Source of the DNA: a virus | Taxonomy: Duplodnaviria; Caudoviricetes | Direction: 5' to 3' (one strand) | Virus record (IMG/VR): IMGVR_UViG_3300032305_001326 | Coordinates: 1 to 24,734 of that record | Length of the DNA: 24,734 bases | Shown here: positions 14,750-24,734 of the stretch, in pieces | How the letters are laid out: each line of letters begins with the position of its first letter | Numbering within the stretch: the stretch's first letter is position 1 | Notes under the pieces: generated by a model | What the model saw: the letters and a program-made list of their open reading frames with translations, nothing else | The model's database searches: none | What the model was told of the DNA's origin: nothing | Program-made: the position numbers and the translations under genes

Positions 14750-16023
14750 TGTTTGATATTACAAATAATAATGAATCATTAAATAAAAAATCTAGTAAGT
14801 TAGAAATTTTCTTATCTAAGGTAAATCGAGTATTTAAAACTGAAGATGATTTTTTAGAATTAGATAAGGATAATGACTATGTAAGCGTCTATAATGATAA
14901 TTCGGATATATCGGATAAAGATACCAAATATTACGGGGCAATAGATTTTAAAACCAATGATACATTTTCTTCAGATAAATTATATCACGCATTTCCATTT
15001 GATAAAAATAATTTTACATTTCCATTAGTAGGAGAAACTGTATTAGTTTTAAATTTAAACGCTCAATATTTTTGGTTACCATATAGTTTAACTAACTATC
15101 CAAATTTTAGAGAAGATTATAAAACATCCGAATTATTTAGTAAGTCGGAGTTAGTCGATACCAATACATCTTCGAAATCTAGCGATTATAAAAAGCAAAA
15201 AGAAACGGGAATATCTACTTCTACTGCTGGTAATCAAAAAGAAAAGAAGCCCGAATATACTATTAAAGAAGGTATCAAATTTTTAAAACCAAGCGATGGG
15301 GATACAATATTGACTGGTAGAGTTGGTAATACAATTCGATTTAGTGAATTCCATTTGACAGAGGATGGTAAAACATCATCTCCATCAATATTCATTCGTA
15401 ATAGACAAAATTCTGAATTAGATTCAAAACCAATTGGTACATTGGTAGATGAAGATATTAATAAAGATGGAACATCTATCTACATAACATCCAATAAGGT
15501 AAAAGTTCCATTTACTGAAACTATTAAAAAAAATAAAGTAGGATTTAAAGAATATCCAAACTCCAAAGATTTAAGTGGTGACCAATTATTTATTAATTCG
15601 GATAGAATAGTTCTTTCAGCAAAAGCAAAAGAATTTATTATTTTTGGTAAAGGTAATACTGGCGTTATAACGGATGGCAATTACTCAATAGATGCTGAAA
15701 AGGAAATCTATATACACAATAAAAAGAATGTAACAATTCATTCTGAAGGAGCAAACCAAATATTCTTAAATTCAGAAAATGGTAAGATATATTTAGGTAA
15801 AAATACGGGAGAAGGAGCAGCTGGAGCAGCTGTTCAAAAAATGGTGTTAGGTGGTGAGTTGGTAAAAATAATGAGTGAGTTAATCGATGAAATAACTAAG
15901 CAAGTATATGCAACTCCGGTTGGACCTACTGCACCAGGTCCTACCAACGTAGCAGCCTTTAAAGCTATAAAAGGAAAGTTAAATACTTTATTATCTGCTA
16001 AAAACTATTTAAGTAAATCATAA
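14749..16023 (+). CDS. Baseplate central spike/hub protein (gp5/gpV-like)
   Basis: OB-fold-like FPLVGETVLVL, then GDTILTGRVGNTIRF, beta-strand repeats (QLFINSDRIVLSAK, IFLNSENGKIYLG), and C-terminal VLGGEL...TPVGPT. Lies upstream of gp25/gp6. Confidence 0.65.
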   Translation: MFDITNNNESLNKKSSKLEIFLSKVNRVFKTEDDFLELDKDNDYVSVYNDNSDISDKDTKYYGAIDFKTNDTFSSDKLYHAFPFDKNNFTFPLVGETVLVLNLNAQYFWLPYSLTNYPNFREDYKTSELFSKSELVDTNTSSKSSDYKKQKETGISTSTAGNQKEKKPEYTIKEGIKFLKPSDGDTILTGRVGNTIRFSEFHLTEDGKTSSPSIFIRNRQNSELDSKPIGTLVDEDINKDGTSIYITSNKVKVPFTETIKKNKVGFKEYPNSKDLSGDQLFINSDRIVLSAKAKEFIIFGKGNTGVITDGNYSIDAEKEIYIHNKKNVTIHSEGANQIFLNSENGKIYLGKNTGEGAAGAAVQKMVLGGELVKIMSELIDEITKQVYATPVGPTAPGPTNVAAFKAIKGKLNTLLSAKNYLSKS

Positions 16024-17255
16024 TGTCTTGGACACTATTCAAAGTAAATGTTTTAAAATCTATGGTATCTTTTCAATTTGCAAAAGATATGGATGCGTTT
16101 GCTGAATTTTATGCAAATGAATATGATAGATGTATAAAAAGAGGTGGGGATATGATTTATGGAGTTCCTATTATAAATGGGAATGTTTCCGGAATGATAG
16201 ATGTAATTAAAACGGCTCTTAAAAAAGGACAAGATTCGGATGGTGAAAACTTTAACATATTGGCTGAAATATATCCAAAAGCATTTGATGCATATTGGTT
16301 GGGAGCCGAAATGGCACCAATACCAAGTCCATTATTAAAGCCGGCTGGATGGCAATCAACTCCACCTGCGCCTGGTACAATTATGAATATTGGTCCTAAT
16401 CCAATGATGTTAGCCGCATCAACGGCATTACATAAAGCTGAAGTGAAAGCAATGCAAGCTTTGGAAGATAAACTAAAAGAGCAAACTATTAATATACCAA
16501 AAATTGGTGAAGTTAATGTTTATGAAACTATTCAAAAAATATTAAAAAAAGAACCAATTGATTCAAATATAACAAATCATCCCGCTATTAAAGCAGGTAA
16601 AACTGTAATTCAAAAATTAAAAACCGCAAAGAAGAAGAAACCATCGATTGGTTCTCAAATGAAAAAAGCTATTAAATTTCCATTTCCAGAATTACCAAAG
16701 AAAAAAGAAATTATAGAAAAAGCTAAACAATCTCTATTAGATGCGGCAGTTGAAGAGTTAAAAAAACAACTAATTATACCAATAGAAGCAACTATATTGG
16801 CACCAATTCAAGCTGCAATTCAAACTGCTGTGGAATTATCAAGTAGTATTCCATCACCGAAACCAACTCCCACTCAAATTAAAAAATTTATAAAAGATAC
16901 AATTGATGGAGTAATGCCGGATATAGAACTACCGGGTATTAGTATTCCAAAAATACCTACAAAAGAAGAATTACAAAAAATGATAGATGATGCAACGCCA
17001 ACTAAAGAAGAATTGCTGGCAATGGCATATGATTTAATTAAAGATAAAATACCACAAATTCCTAACATATTTTTTATACCACCAACAATACAATTCAGTT
17101 TTCAAACAAATATAATGATTAACCCATTTGTTAATGTGGCTAAAACCCATTTAATGGGAGCTAGTGGTATAATGTCGGTTATGTCACAATATCCTCCACC
17201 CGCTCCACCCGCTCCAGCTATATTGAATTGGAATGGGTATAAAATCGTAGGATAA
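16023..17255 (+). CDS. Pro-rich putative virion/baseplate protein
   Basis: Coupled to the spike gene by TAATG. Contains Pro/Lys/Ile-rich repeats (PTKEEL twice) and C-terminal PPPAPPAPAILNWNGY. Confidence 0.55.
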   Translation: MSWTLFKVNVLKSMVSFQFAKDMDAFAEFYANEYDRCIKRGGDMIYGVPIINGNVSGMIDVIKTALKKGQDSDGENFNILAEIYPKAFDAYWLGAEMAPIPSPLLKPAGWQSTPPAPGTIMNIGPNPMMLAASTALHKAEVKAMQALEDKLKEQTINIPKIGEVNVYETIQKILKKEPIDSNITNHPAIKAGKTVIQKLKTAKKKKPSIGSQMKKAIKFPFPELPKKKEIIEKAKQSLLDAAVEELKKQLIIPIEATILAPIQAAIQTAVELSSSIPSPKPTPTQIKKFIKDTIDGVMPDIELPGISIPKIPTKEELQKMIDDATPTKEELLAMAYDLIKDKIPQIPNIFFIPPTIQFSFQTNIMINPFVNVAKTHLMGASGIMSVMSQYPPPAPPAPAILNWNGYKIVG

Positions 17256-17283
17256 TACAATTGTATTAAATTTATTCTTTCAA

Positions 17284-17290
17284 TATTTAT
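17284..17290 (+). promoter_or_regulatory. Putative phage late promoter (TATTTAT)
   Basis: Intergenic, 21 nt before ATG 17312, heading the gp25/gp6 gene run. Confidence 0.5.
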
Positions 17291-17311
17291 TATAAACATA
17301 CACACATTACT

Positions 17312-17815
17312 ATGGATTCAAAATTATTAGTAGGTTTAATTAAGGAGGTTGTTAAAAGTGAAGTAAAACAACAAGTTAAAGAAGAATTAGCTAAGTTAAT
17401 TAAATCTGGTGCAGTTACATTAAACTCACAAAGAAAAACAACATCTCCCTCAATGAGAGAGATGGCGGAAGTTACATCTACGCAAGTTAGAAAACAACAA
17501 CCAATTGTACAACAGCAAAGACCTCATCAATCTCAAAAGGAATTTACAAAAGACCCAATGATTAATGAGATACTTAATATGACACAACCATTTACTTCCG
17601 AACAAAGAAAAGAAGGTGCACAAGCGGTGGGTAGTGTGTTAGATATGATTAAACCAGAATTAAGAGTTGATGAAAGTGAGTGGGAAACAATGGACTTTAG
17701 AGAGGTAGATGTACCATCTAATATTCCAAACTTTGAATCAACTGGCGATGGATTGCAAGATGCTACGATAAAAGCATTGACGAGAGATTATAGAGAATTA
17801 GTTAAAAGATTTTAA
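17312..17815 (+). CDS. Hypothetical phage protein
   Basis: 167-aa ORF with an N-terminal LIKEVVKSEVKQ helix and a low-complexity middle, within the structural module. Confidence 0.7.
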   Translation: MDSKLLVGLIKEVVKSEVKQQVKEELAKLIKSGAVTLNSQRKTTSPSMREMAEVTSTQVRKQQPIVQQQRPHQSQKEFTKDPMINEILNMTQPFTSEQRKEGAQAVGSVLDMIKPELRVDESEWETMDFREVDVPSNIPNFESTGDGLQDATIKALTRDYRELVKRF

Positions 17816-17818
17816 TAA

Positions 17819-18256
17819 ATGGCAATAGAGATTGGTAGAGTAAGTACTAAGGATTTAACGAGTAATTCTTATAAATCATTAGGAATTGGAATAAATAGAC
17901 GTTCCGATTCTAATGGTATTTTTGCTACAAACTATACCACTATTAAGCAGACTAGAGATAATTTAATAAATCTGATAATGACCCGAAAGGGTGAGAGGGT
18001 AATGCAGCCCGATTTTGGATGTGATATACATAGATTAATATTTGAACCAATATATGGCGAAGATATTAAGGATAGAGTAATCGATGCAATTGAAGATGCA
18101 GTAGCTATGTGGATGCCATTTGTATCAATAAACGATATAGAATTTCCATTCGATGATAATGATATAGATAACAATAAGATAAACGTTTCTATAAAATTTT
18201 CATTAAGATTAAATCCTAATATATCAGAAACAATAGAAGTAACGATAAATCAATAA
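17819..18256 (+). CDS. Baseplate wedge subunit, gp25-like (GPW/gp25 family)
   Basis: NLINLIMTRKGERVMQPDFGCDIHRLIFEP signature. Confidence 0.9.
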   Translation: MAIEIGRVSTKDLTSNSYKSLGIGINRRSDSNGIFATNYTTIKQTRDNLINLIMTRKGERVMQPDFGCDIHRLIFEPIYGEDIKDRVIDAIEDAVAMWMPFVSINDIEFPFDDNDIDNNKINVSIKFSLRLNPNISETIEVTINQ

Positions 18257-18263
18257 TAACAAA

Positions 18264-20294
18264 ATGGCCATCAAACCTTTAAATAAGAATTGGGGTAGTA
18301 ATAGAGAACTAACATATGTTGGTAAAGATTTTGCTAGCTTTAAGCAAAATTTAGTAGAATTTACAAAAACATATTTCCCAAACCAATATTCGGATTTCAA
18401 TGAAGCATCTCCGGGTATGGTATTTGTAGAAATGGCAGCCGCTATTGGAGATGTTTTATCATTCTACCAAGATACACAATTAAAAGAATCAATGTTATCT
18501 CATGCTACTGAGCGTAAAAATGTGATAGCATTAGCACAATCAATGGGATACAAGCCGAAGGTAACAACTCCGGCTGTTACAACTCTAACTGTTTATCAAT
18601 TAGTTCCATCCATTAGTAATGGAGTAAATCAATATTCACCAAATCCATCTTATTTTTTAAGAATAAAAGATGGTATGGAAATAGTATCAACAACTAATCC
18701 AAATATTATATTTAGAACAACCGATTCTGTTGATTTTTCAAATGAAACCGATAGGGAGATAGATGTTTACGAAAGAAATACTGCTACGGGAGAACCAACT
18801 TTTTATTTAGTTAGTAAAAAAATAAAAGCAATTTCTGCTAGAGAAAAAGATACGACTATTACATTTACGGATACTACCGATTATCCTGTTGCAACTATAA
18901 ATGAAACAAATATAATAGGAATAACATCGGTAGTAACGGATGATACAAACGCTAAATGGTATGAAGTTCCATATTTGGCACAAGAAAGTATATTCGTAGA
19001 ACAACCCAATACAGAATCAAATGCCGGTGGATTAAGTGGAGAATCAAACACAGTACCATACATTTTAGAAGTACAAAAAGTACCACGTAGATTTTCAACT
19101 AAAGTAAATTCTGATAACACAATAGATTTACAATTCGGTAGTGGTGATGTGAATATGAATGATGAGCAAATTTTACCAAACCCTAAAAATATAGGATTGG
19201 GATTAGCTAATTCGGTACAAAGATTAAATCAGGGGATTGACCCATCCAATTTTCTAAAAACAAATACTTTCGGAATAGCTCCATCAAACCAATCATTAAA
19301 TGTAAAGTATTTAGTTGGTGGTGGAGTTGAATCAAATGTAAATTCAGGCGATTTAACTACTATATCCAGAATAGAATTTGAAGAAGATTTATTATCCGTA
19401 GATAATATAGTAACCTATTCTCAAATAAAAAGTAGTGTAGCAGTTGAAAATTTAGAACCTGCGGTTGGTGGAAGAGGAAGTGAATCAATAGAAGAAATTA
19501 GACAAAACGCATTAGGAATATTTGGTTCTCAAAATAGAGCAGTAACTAAGCAAGATTATATTGTAAGAGCATTAAGTATGCCGGAAAGATATGGTAGTGT
19601 TGCTAAGGTATATGTTTCACCTGATGGTGAGATTGATAATAATTCGCCATCATCTATATTGGCTTCTCCAAATAATATTGCAGAATTCGTAGGTGTAGTA
19701 GAAGGATTGCAAAATAAATCTAAATTAGAAATTCAAACCGAATTAGTAAAATATTTAACACAAAAGAAAACATCGATTGCCGAAGTTAATAATCCATTCG
19801 CAATTAATATGTATATATTAGGGTATAATGGTGATAAAAAGCTTACTCAAATAAATCAAGCGGTTAAACAAAATCTTAAAACGTATTTGGGTGAATATAG
19901 AATGATGACAGATGCCGTTAATATCATAGATGGGTTTGTAATTAATATAGGCGTTGATTTTGAAATAATATGTTATCAAAATTATAATAAAAGAGAAGTA
20001 TTATCATCTTGCTTAACCGAAATGCAAAACTACTTTGAAATAGATAATTGGACATTTAATAAACCAATTAATGTTTCTGAATTAGAATTAATATTAGCAA
20101 ATGTGGAAGGTGTAATGAGTGTACCATCGGTAAAAATATCAAATATTTGTAAAAGCGATGGTAATGAAAATTATTCACCAAATAGATACAATATCGATGA
20201 AGCAACTAAAGGTAAGATAATATATCCATCTTTAGACCCTTGCATTTTCGAAGTAAAATACCCTAACAAAGATATAAAAGGAAGAGCTTTATAA
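18264..20294 (+). CDS. Baseplate wedge protein, T4 gp6/baseplate J-like
   Basis: KDFASFKQNL...YSDFNEASPGMVFVE...LAQSMGYKP, LQFGSG, GGRGSESIEEIR and QNRAVTKQDY. Directly follows gp25. Confidence 0.88.
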   Translation: MAIKPLNKNWGSNRELTYVGKDFASFKQNLVEFTKTYFPNQYSDFNEASPGMVFVEMAAAIGDVLSFYQDTQLKESMLSHATERKNVIALAQSMGYKPKVTTPAVTTLTVYQLVPSISNGVNQYSPNPSYFLRIKDGMEIVSTTNPNIIFRTTDSVDFSNETDREIDVYERNTATGEPTFYLVSKKIKAISAREKDTTITFTDTTDYPVATINETNIIGITSVVTDDTNAKWYEVPYLAQESIFVEQPNTESNAGGLSGESNTVPYILEVQKVPRRFSTKVNSDNTIDLQFGSGDVNMNDEQILPNPKNIGLGLANSVQRLNQGIDPSNFLKTNTFGIAPSNQSLNVKYLVGGGVESNVNSGDLTTISRIEFEEDLLSVDNIVTYSQIKSSVAVENLEPAVGGRGSESIEEIRQNALGIFGSQNRAVTKQDYIVRALSMPERYGSVAKVYVSPDGEIDNNSPSSILASPNNIAEFVGVVEGLQNKSKLEIQTELVKYLTQKKTSIAEVNNPFAINMYILGYNGDKKLTQINQAVKQNLKTYLGEYRMMTDAVNIIDGFVINIGVDFEIICYQNYNKREVLSSCLTEMQNYFEIDNWTFNKPINVSELELILANVEGVMSVPSVKISNICKSDGNENYSPNRYNIDEATKGKIIYPSLDPCIFEVKYPNKDIKGRAL

Positions 20295-20295
20295 T

Positions 20296-21360
20296 ATGCA
20301 TAAATTATTCACATCATCATTCGATGCCAGTATCTACCTACAACAACCCGAACAAAACGCAGGTAGAGATGAGATATTAGAGGTTGGTAAACTTTATTAT
20401 GGTTCTACTAAAGATATAGCTAGAACTTTAATAAAATTCGATGTAGCCAATATGGGAATACCATCTGGCTCTATTGTTTATTTAAACTTAAAATCATCTC
20501 AAGCGGAAGAAATTCCATTGGAATATACAATCCATGCTAATGCCGTTTCTCAAAGTTGGACAATGGGAACGGGTACTAAATTTGATAATATAACATCGGA
20601 TGGAGTTAGTTGGTATTATAAAAATGGAACTGATAAATGGATGGATTATGTAGCAGTACCAAATTCATATGTAAGTGGTTCTGATACGGGCTCTATATCA
20701 AATGGTGGTGGTGGTACTTGGTATACCGCATCTATGGCATCCCAATCTTATAATTATGAAGAAGCTGATATCAGAATGAATGTAACTGGTATAGTTAATC
20801 GATGGTTAAGTGGGTCTATACCAAATAATGGATTTGTTGTACATCATACATTAGAAAACGAAGCAAATGGATTAGATTATGGTGTATTGAAATTCTTTTC
20901 TAAAGAAACTAATACCATATACGAACCAAAATTAGAATTAGTTTGGAATGATTTTTCTCATAATACGGGAAGTTTAGCACCAACAACGGGTTCTGCTGAA
21001 GATGGATATAAAGTTGTACTTACAAATTTAAAAAATAAATATCCGGCAAACGAAACTATTAAGATTAGAATAAAAGCTAGAGATGCATATCCATTGAAAT
21101 CTTTTGGAACAACATTTGCATACGACCAAGCGAAGTATTTACCAATAGCATCATACTATCAATTAGAAGATTATAAAACGGGTGAAGTAATATATCCATT
21201 TGGTGAATATACGAAAATAAGTTGCGATTCAACATCAAATTACTTTAATGTTAGTTTAAACACATTACCAATCAATAGAACTTATAAATTAAAAATTAAA
21301 ATTATTGAAGATAGTATTTCAACCATCATAGATGATAAATTAATTTTTGAAATAGAATAA
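20296..21360 (+). CDS. Putative virion protein with DNRLRE-like beta-sandwich domain
   Basis: DASIY...NAGRDEILEV...RTLIKFD...W..G...NNGFVV...FFSKE...PKLELVW pattern. Confidence 0.6.
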   Translation: MHKLFTSSFDASIYLQQPEQNAGRDEILEVGKLYYGSTKDIARTLIKFDVANMGIPSGSIVYLNLKSSQAEEIPLEYTIHANAVSQSWTMGTGTKFDNITSDGVSWYYKNGTDKWMDYVAVPNSYVSGSDTGSISNGGGGTWYTASMASQSYNYEEADIRMNVTGIVNRWLSGSIPNNGFVVHHTLENEANGLDYGVLKFFSKETNTIYEPKLELVWNDFSHNTGSLAPTTGSAEDGYKVVLTNLKNKYPANETIKIRIKARDAYPLKSFGTTFAYDQAKYLPIASYYQLEDYKTGEVIYPFGEYTKISCDSTSNYFNVSLNTLPINRTYKLKIKIIEDSISTIIDDKLIFEIE

Positions 21361-21361
21361 A

Positions 21362-22501
21362 ATGACAGCATTAGAGGCGATTGCACAAAAATTAGATGAA
21401 AAAAGAAAATCGGATTTAGAATCAATACTATCTATCTCTGGCTCGCAAGCTATTGCCAAAAATCAATATGGTGTTACGGTAGTTAATGAAAATAATATTG
21501 CATCATCTTTAGTATTTAAGGAATTAAATAAAAATAAATATGATGAAGATGAATTATTAAAAGCAATTGATTTAGATATTAAGGAATTAAGACCCAATAT
21601 ACCTACTAAAAATTTAAATTTAGTTCCTAAACCATTATATGATGAAGAAGTACTTCAAAATGAAGATTTAAGAAAGCAGGTAGCTGATTTAAACGTAGAA
21701 GTATCTAATTTAAATTCAACTATATCAGACTTAGAATCTCAAGTACAATCTGAAATAAATAATAGATTATCAATTGAGCAAACGAATGATGCGTTAGTTA
21801 ATCAATTAAATACATTGGTGCAAACTATTGATGATTTTGCTTTACAAATACAAAATTCATTACAAAAATCAGTAGAGGAAGGTATTCTTAGAGCATCATT
21901 ACAATCCCAAAATACCGGGTTTAAAGCACAAATTCAGGCATTGATTAAACAAATTGACTCATTGAATTCAATTATTGAAGGTTTACAATCCCAATTAGGA
22001 GCAGTACAAAATCAGCAAGCGATTGTACAAGGTACTCAAGCGCAAGCTATGGCAGCTGGAGCAGATGTGATAAATGATGTAGCTATTGTTAAGTTGGGAC
22101 CAAAAGAAGATTCAAATGGTTTAGATTTATGGGCTAGATTCAGCGCAACAGGTGCACAGCAATGGAAAAATGGAAGCGCATTATCAATAACAAATAATGA
22201 TAAGCAACCGATATCCGTATCAATTACAACTAAAAATCCAAAAGATAGAGAATTTTATAAAATACCTACAAAGAGTTTTAATGTAGAAGCAGGTGGACAA
22301 AAGGATGTAGAATTTACATTAAATATAGGAGCTGTTAATGATTTAGATTCTCGTAAAAAAGGCGGTTGGTTTAATGGTAAAAGCCATTCAGCTGAATATA
22401 AAGATGGTTCATTGAAAGTAACAATAACACGTTCCGATGGAACTGCTAAATCAAAAGAATATACAGCCGGCTTTGGTAAATATCACCCAGATTCATACTA
22501 A
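21362..22501 (+). CDS. Coiled-coil protein with C-terminal beta (Ig-like) domain, putative virion fibre/stalk
   Basis: About 130 aa of Gln/Leu heptads, followed by a beta-strand-rich domain (LSITNNDKQPISVSI...FNVEAGGQKDVEF). Confidence 0.55.
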   Translation: MTALEAIAQKLDEKRKSDLESILSISGSQAIAKNQYGVTVVNENNIASSLVFKELNKNKYDEDELLKAIDLDIKELRPNIPTKNLNLVPKPLYDEEVLQNEDLRKQVADLNVEVSNLNSTISDLESQVQSEINNRLSIEQTNDALVNQLNTLVQTIDDFALQIQNSLQKSVEEGILRASLQSQNTGFKAQIQALIKQIDSLNSIIEGLQSQLGAVQNQQAIVQGTQAQAMAAGADVINDVAIVKLGPKEDSNGLDLWARFSATGAQQWKNGSALSITNNDKQPISVSITTKNPKDREFYKIPTKSFNVEAGGQKDVEFTLNIGAVNDLDSRKKGGWFNGKSHSAEYKDGSLKVTITRSDGTAKSKEYTAGFGKYHPDSY

Positions 22502-22507
22502 TAAATT

Positions 22508-23800
22508 ATGAGTATTAAAAAATATACAAATATAGATAACATAAATAATAATTCGGAAAATGCAGGACAATTTCTGCAAACTGAAGATTTGTTTATTGTA
22601 TCTCAAAATCAAATAGAAGATACCGACTTCGGTGATTGTAGATACGATGTAATGGAAGTATCGGTTTATGATATTAATAATAATTTATTACCACAAAAGA
22701 ATGGTAATAATGTTGCTTATATTAAAACGGGCGATATTAAAAACTATATGTATAACCTTACAAATAAAGGTGGACAAAAAGAGTTAGCAATTGATATTGA
22801 AAAATTATTAAATGATTTAGGATTTACAAATGGAATTCTAAAAGTTAATGTTAATTTTGTTAGAAATAAGGTAGGTAGTGATAATGAGTTAACAAAAGTA
22901 TGGGTACACGAAATATCGCCATCAAGAACTGAAATTAGAATATTACCATTAAAAACAAAAAATAGTAATGTTAATAGTATAACTAATAAAGAATTTTCAA
23001 ATATAAATAATTTAAGTAAAGATTTTAAATATTACAAAAAAAATATATTAGATTCATTAGATTCATTTGAAGCAAACTATTTAGAATCAATAACATCATT
23101 AATGGTTAATAGATTTGGTAAAGATTTTGAATCTATTTTGCGTAAAGATTTTGGATTATCTAATTTTAGTGCTTTCAAAAAAAGAATATTTTTAGATTTT
23201 AAAACAAGCGTAACATATTGGTTAACTAATAAAGAATATATTATTTCAGAATCAAACTATGGAAAACCTTCTATAACTAGATTTGAAGATTGTGAGCAAT
23301 ATGAGTTTAGTAAATTAACATCTGAAATTCAAAACATTTTAAGAAATTGTATAGATTATAATACAAAGACTTTAAATAGAAGAAGTATTAGTATAAAAGT
23401 ATTACCAAAAGAATTTGAAATTACTGAACTTAAAAAAGAGATAAAAGATTTAGTAGGTAATATCGTAATAAATGATACCAAAGTTAGAAATGTTTATAAT
23501 CCACAGGATGTTAAGTTAGATGTGAAAGGAGTAACTGTAAAAGAAGAGCCTATACAAATAACACAGCCACCTCCTATTAAAACTCTTCCAATTGAACCAC
23601 CGATTATAGAAGAACCAATTAAAGTAATTCCAAAACCAGAACCAATTACTGAACCAATTAAAGAAGTAATTCCAACACCATCATATGGTGGCGGAGGTGG
23701 TGGAGGAGGAATCTATTATGATGATAGAAACTTCAATGGTGGATATGGTAGAGAACAAATTGCTGATGGTAATTTATCTGATAGACAAAATATAAGATAG
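22508..23800 (+). CDS. Putative virion structural protein with Pro-rich/Gly8 tail
   Basis: 430-aa ORF with VHEISPSRTEIRI, C-terminal EPI repeats and GGGGGGGG. Confidence 0.6.
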   Translation: MSIKKYTNIDNINNNSENAGQFLQTEDLFIVSQNQIEDTDFGDCRYDVMEVSVYDINNNLLPQKNGNNVAYIKTGDIKNYMYNLTNKGGQKELAIDIEKLLNDLGFTNGILKVNVNFVRNKVGSDNELTKVWVHEISPSRTEIRILPLKTKNSNVNSITNKEFSNINNLSKDFKYYKKNILDSLDSFEANYLESITSLMVNRFGKDFESILRKDFGLSNFSAFKKRIFLDFKTSVTYWLTNKEYIISESNYGKPSITRFEDCEQYEFSKLTSEIQNILRNCIDYNTKTLNRRSISIKVLPKEFEITELKKEIKDLVGNIVINDTKVRNVYNPQDVKLDVKGVTVKEEPIQITQPPPIKTLPIEPPIIEEPIKVIPKPEPITEPIKEVIPTPSYGGGGGGGGIYYDDRNFNGGYGREQIADGNLSDRQNIR

Positions 23801-23802
23801 GA

Positions 23803-23810
23803 TATTTATA
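23803..23810 (+). promoter_or_regulatory. Putative phage late promoter (TATTTATA)
   Basis: Intergenic, 14 nt before GTG 23825. Confidence 0.5.
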
Positions 23811-23824
23811 ATAAACAATAAAGA

Positions 23825-24734
23825 GTGGTAAAAGCATTAGAAAATATTTTTGGAGGAGAACCTACATTGAATTCGTATGAAGGTACGGGTCAATACGCCG
23901 CTTTTATAGATGGCGGTGGCGGAGGTGGGGGAGGATATACTCCACCGGTTGTACCCAACCCAACATTTGTACCACCTACATATTCAAATGAAATCACAAA
24001 TAATTCTATTAGAGTAAATTTAATAGTAGAAGATGGTGGTGAAGTAGAATTTTTAGAAAATGGAAATTCAAAAGGATATGGTGTAAATACTTTCATAGCA
24101 TATTCGCCATCCACTACATTCAATGGTTCTAAAAAATACGAAGTAGTTAAAAATGGATATAGAGCTAACGAACACTATGTAGTTTCTATAACAAAAACAT
24201 ACGCTCCAACTCCAGTTGAACCAACACAACAATATAATAATTATTACAATAATTACATTGGAATTAATTCATTTGGATTAAGTACTTTTCAAAATTCAAA
24301 TATATTCAATTGGAATTATAATATTACACCAACTGTAACAGCTATTGATTATCAATATTCTGAAATGGTTTCTGTACAAAAATATGTATTACAATCCGAT
24401 GGTAGTTATATAGCAGAAGATACCAATAATTTTAATGTTGGTACAATAAATTTACAATTTTCATTACAAGGAAATTCAGTTATACTTCCTCCCCCACCTC
24501 CTATTGATTTTGCAGTAGACCAACTACCTGCACCAATTGAATATGAAGTAGCATTTTCATCAAATTTTAGACAAGATTTAGCTGAAAATGTGGTATTATC
24601 ATATACAATATTTGCAAATGATGGTACAATTTCGGATAGTGGTAAACTTAGTTTATTAGATAGTAATCTAATCAGAAATATAGAAGCTGATAAACTAAAT
24701 GGTAGGGTTGATTTTAAAATAGAATATGTAAATA
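23825..24734 (+). CDS. 3'-truncated putative structural protein (not in the ORF track)
   Basis: GTG 23825 opens a frame (MVKALENIFGGEPTLNSYEGTGQYAAFIDGGGGGGGGYTPPVVPNP...) with no stop before the window end. Confidence 0.8.
   Translation, partial: MVKALENIFGGEPTLNSYEGTGQYAAFIDGGGGGGGGYTPPVVPNPTFVPPTYSNEITNNSIRVNLIVEDGGEVEFLENGNSKGYGVNTFIAYSPSTTFNGSKKYEVVKNGYRANEHYVVSITKTYAPTPVEPTQQYNNYYNNYIGINSFGLSTFQNSNIFNWNYNITPTVTAIDYQYSEMVSVQKYVLQSDGSYIAEDTNNFNVGTINLQFSLQGNSVILPPPPPIDFAVDQLPAPIEYEVAFSSNFRQDLAENVVLSYTIFANDGTISDSGKLSLLDSNLIRNIEADKLNGRVDFKIEYVN

Noticed and set aside
1250-24123. All minus-strand ORFs in the track (60-88 aa)
   Set aside because: Each is an antisense shadow of a longer + strand gene that has recognisable motifs or fits the tightly packed gene order. 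None has a motif of its own.
1-24734. Stop-codon reassignment (alternative genetic code)
   Set aside because: Genes are full length under code 11 with high coding density. TAG ends genes at 1258 and 23800 exactly at gene boundaries.
1-24734. CRISPR array, tRNA/rRNA genes, transposase or integrase
   Set aside because: I saw no regularly spaced repeats, cloverleaf-like intergenic segments or recombinase motifs, and the intergenic gaps are mostly too short. A tRNAscan/Infernal run would be needed to exclude small RNAs.

Overview
AT-rich, densely coding window with essentially every credible gene on the + strand. It is most consistent with a segment of a large T4-like (myovirus) phage genome. 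The likely host is Bacteroidota, because repeated TTTG-N20-TAnnTTTG promoters are present and Shine-Dalgarno signals are absent. The left part (0.5-6.3 kb) is a tailoring-enzyme island: three sulfotransferase-like genes, two SGNH-hydrolase-like genes and a Cys6 Zn-finger protein surround an unusual 545-aa fusion. The fusion reads as a circularly permuted ATP-grasp-like domain, then a splicing-incompetent Hint domain ending in His-Asn, then a 66-aa peptide with 10 Cys and 9 Tyr. This is the best candidate for an undescribed system: a self-releasing, enzyme-fused peptide (RiPP-like) module in a phage. The middle (6.3-14.3 kb) holds auxiliary genes: HD protein, Hsp20, membrane protein, UV-damage endonuclease UvsE, HxGH nucleotidyltransferase, DUF2061-like protein, peptide deformylase, a gp55-like late sigma factor and a NodU/CmcH carbamoyltransferase. 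The right part (14.3-24.7 kb) is a baseplate/virion module with a gp5-like spike, gp25-like and gp6-like wedge proteins and other structural proteins. All family assignments are by eye from motifs; no database searches were run.
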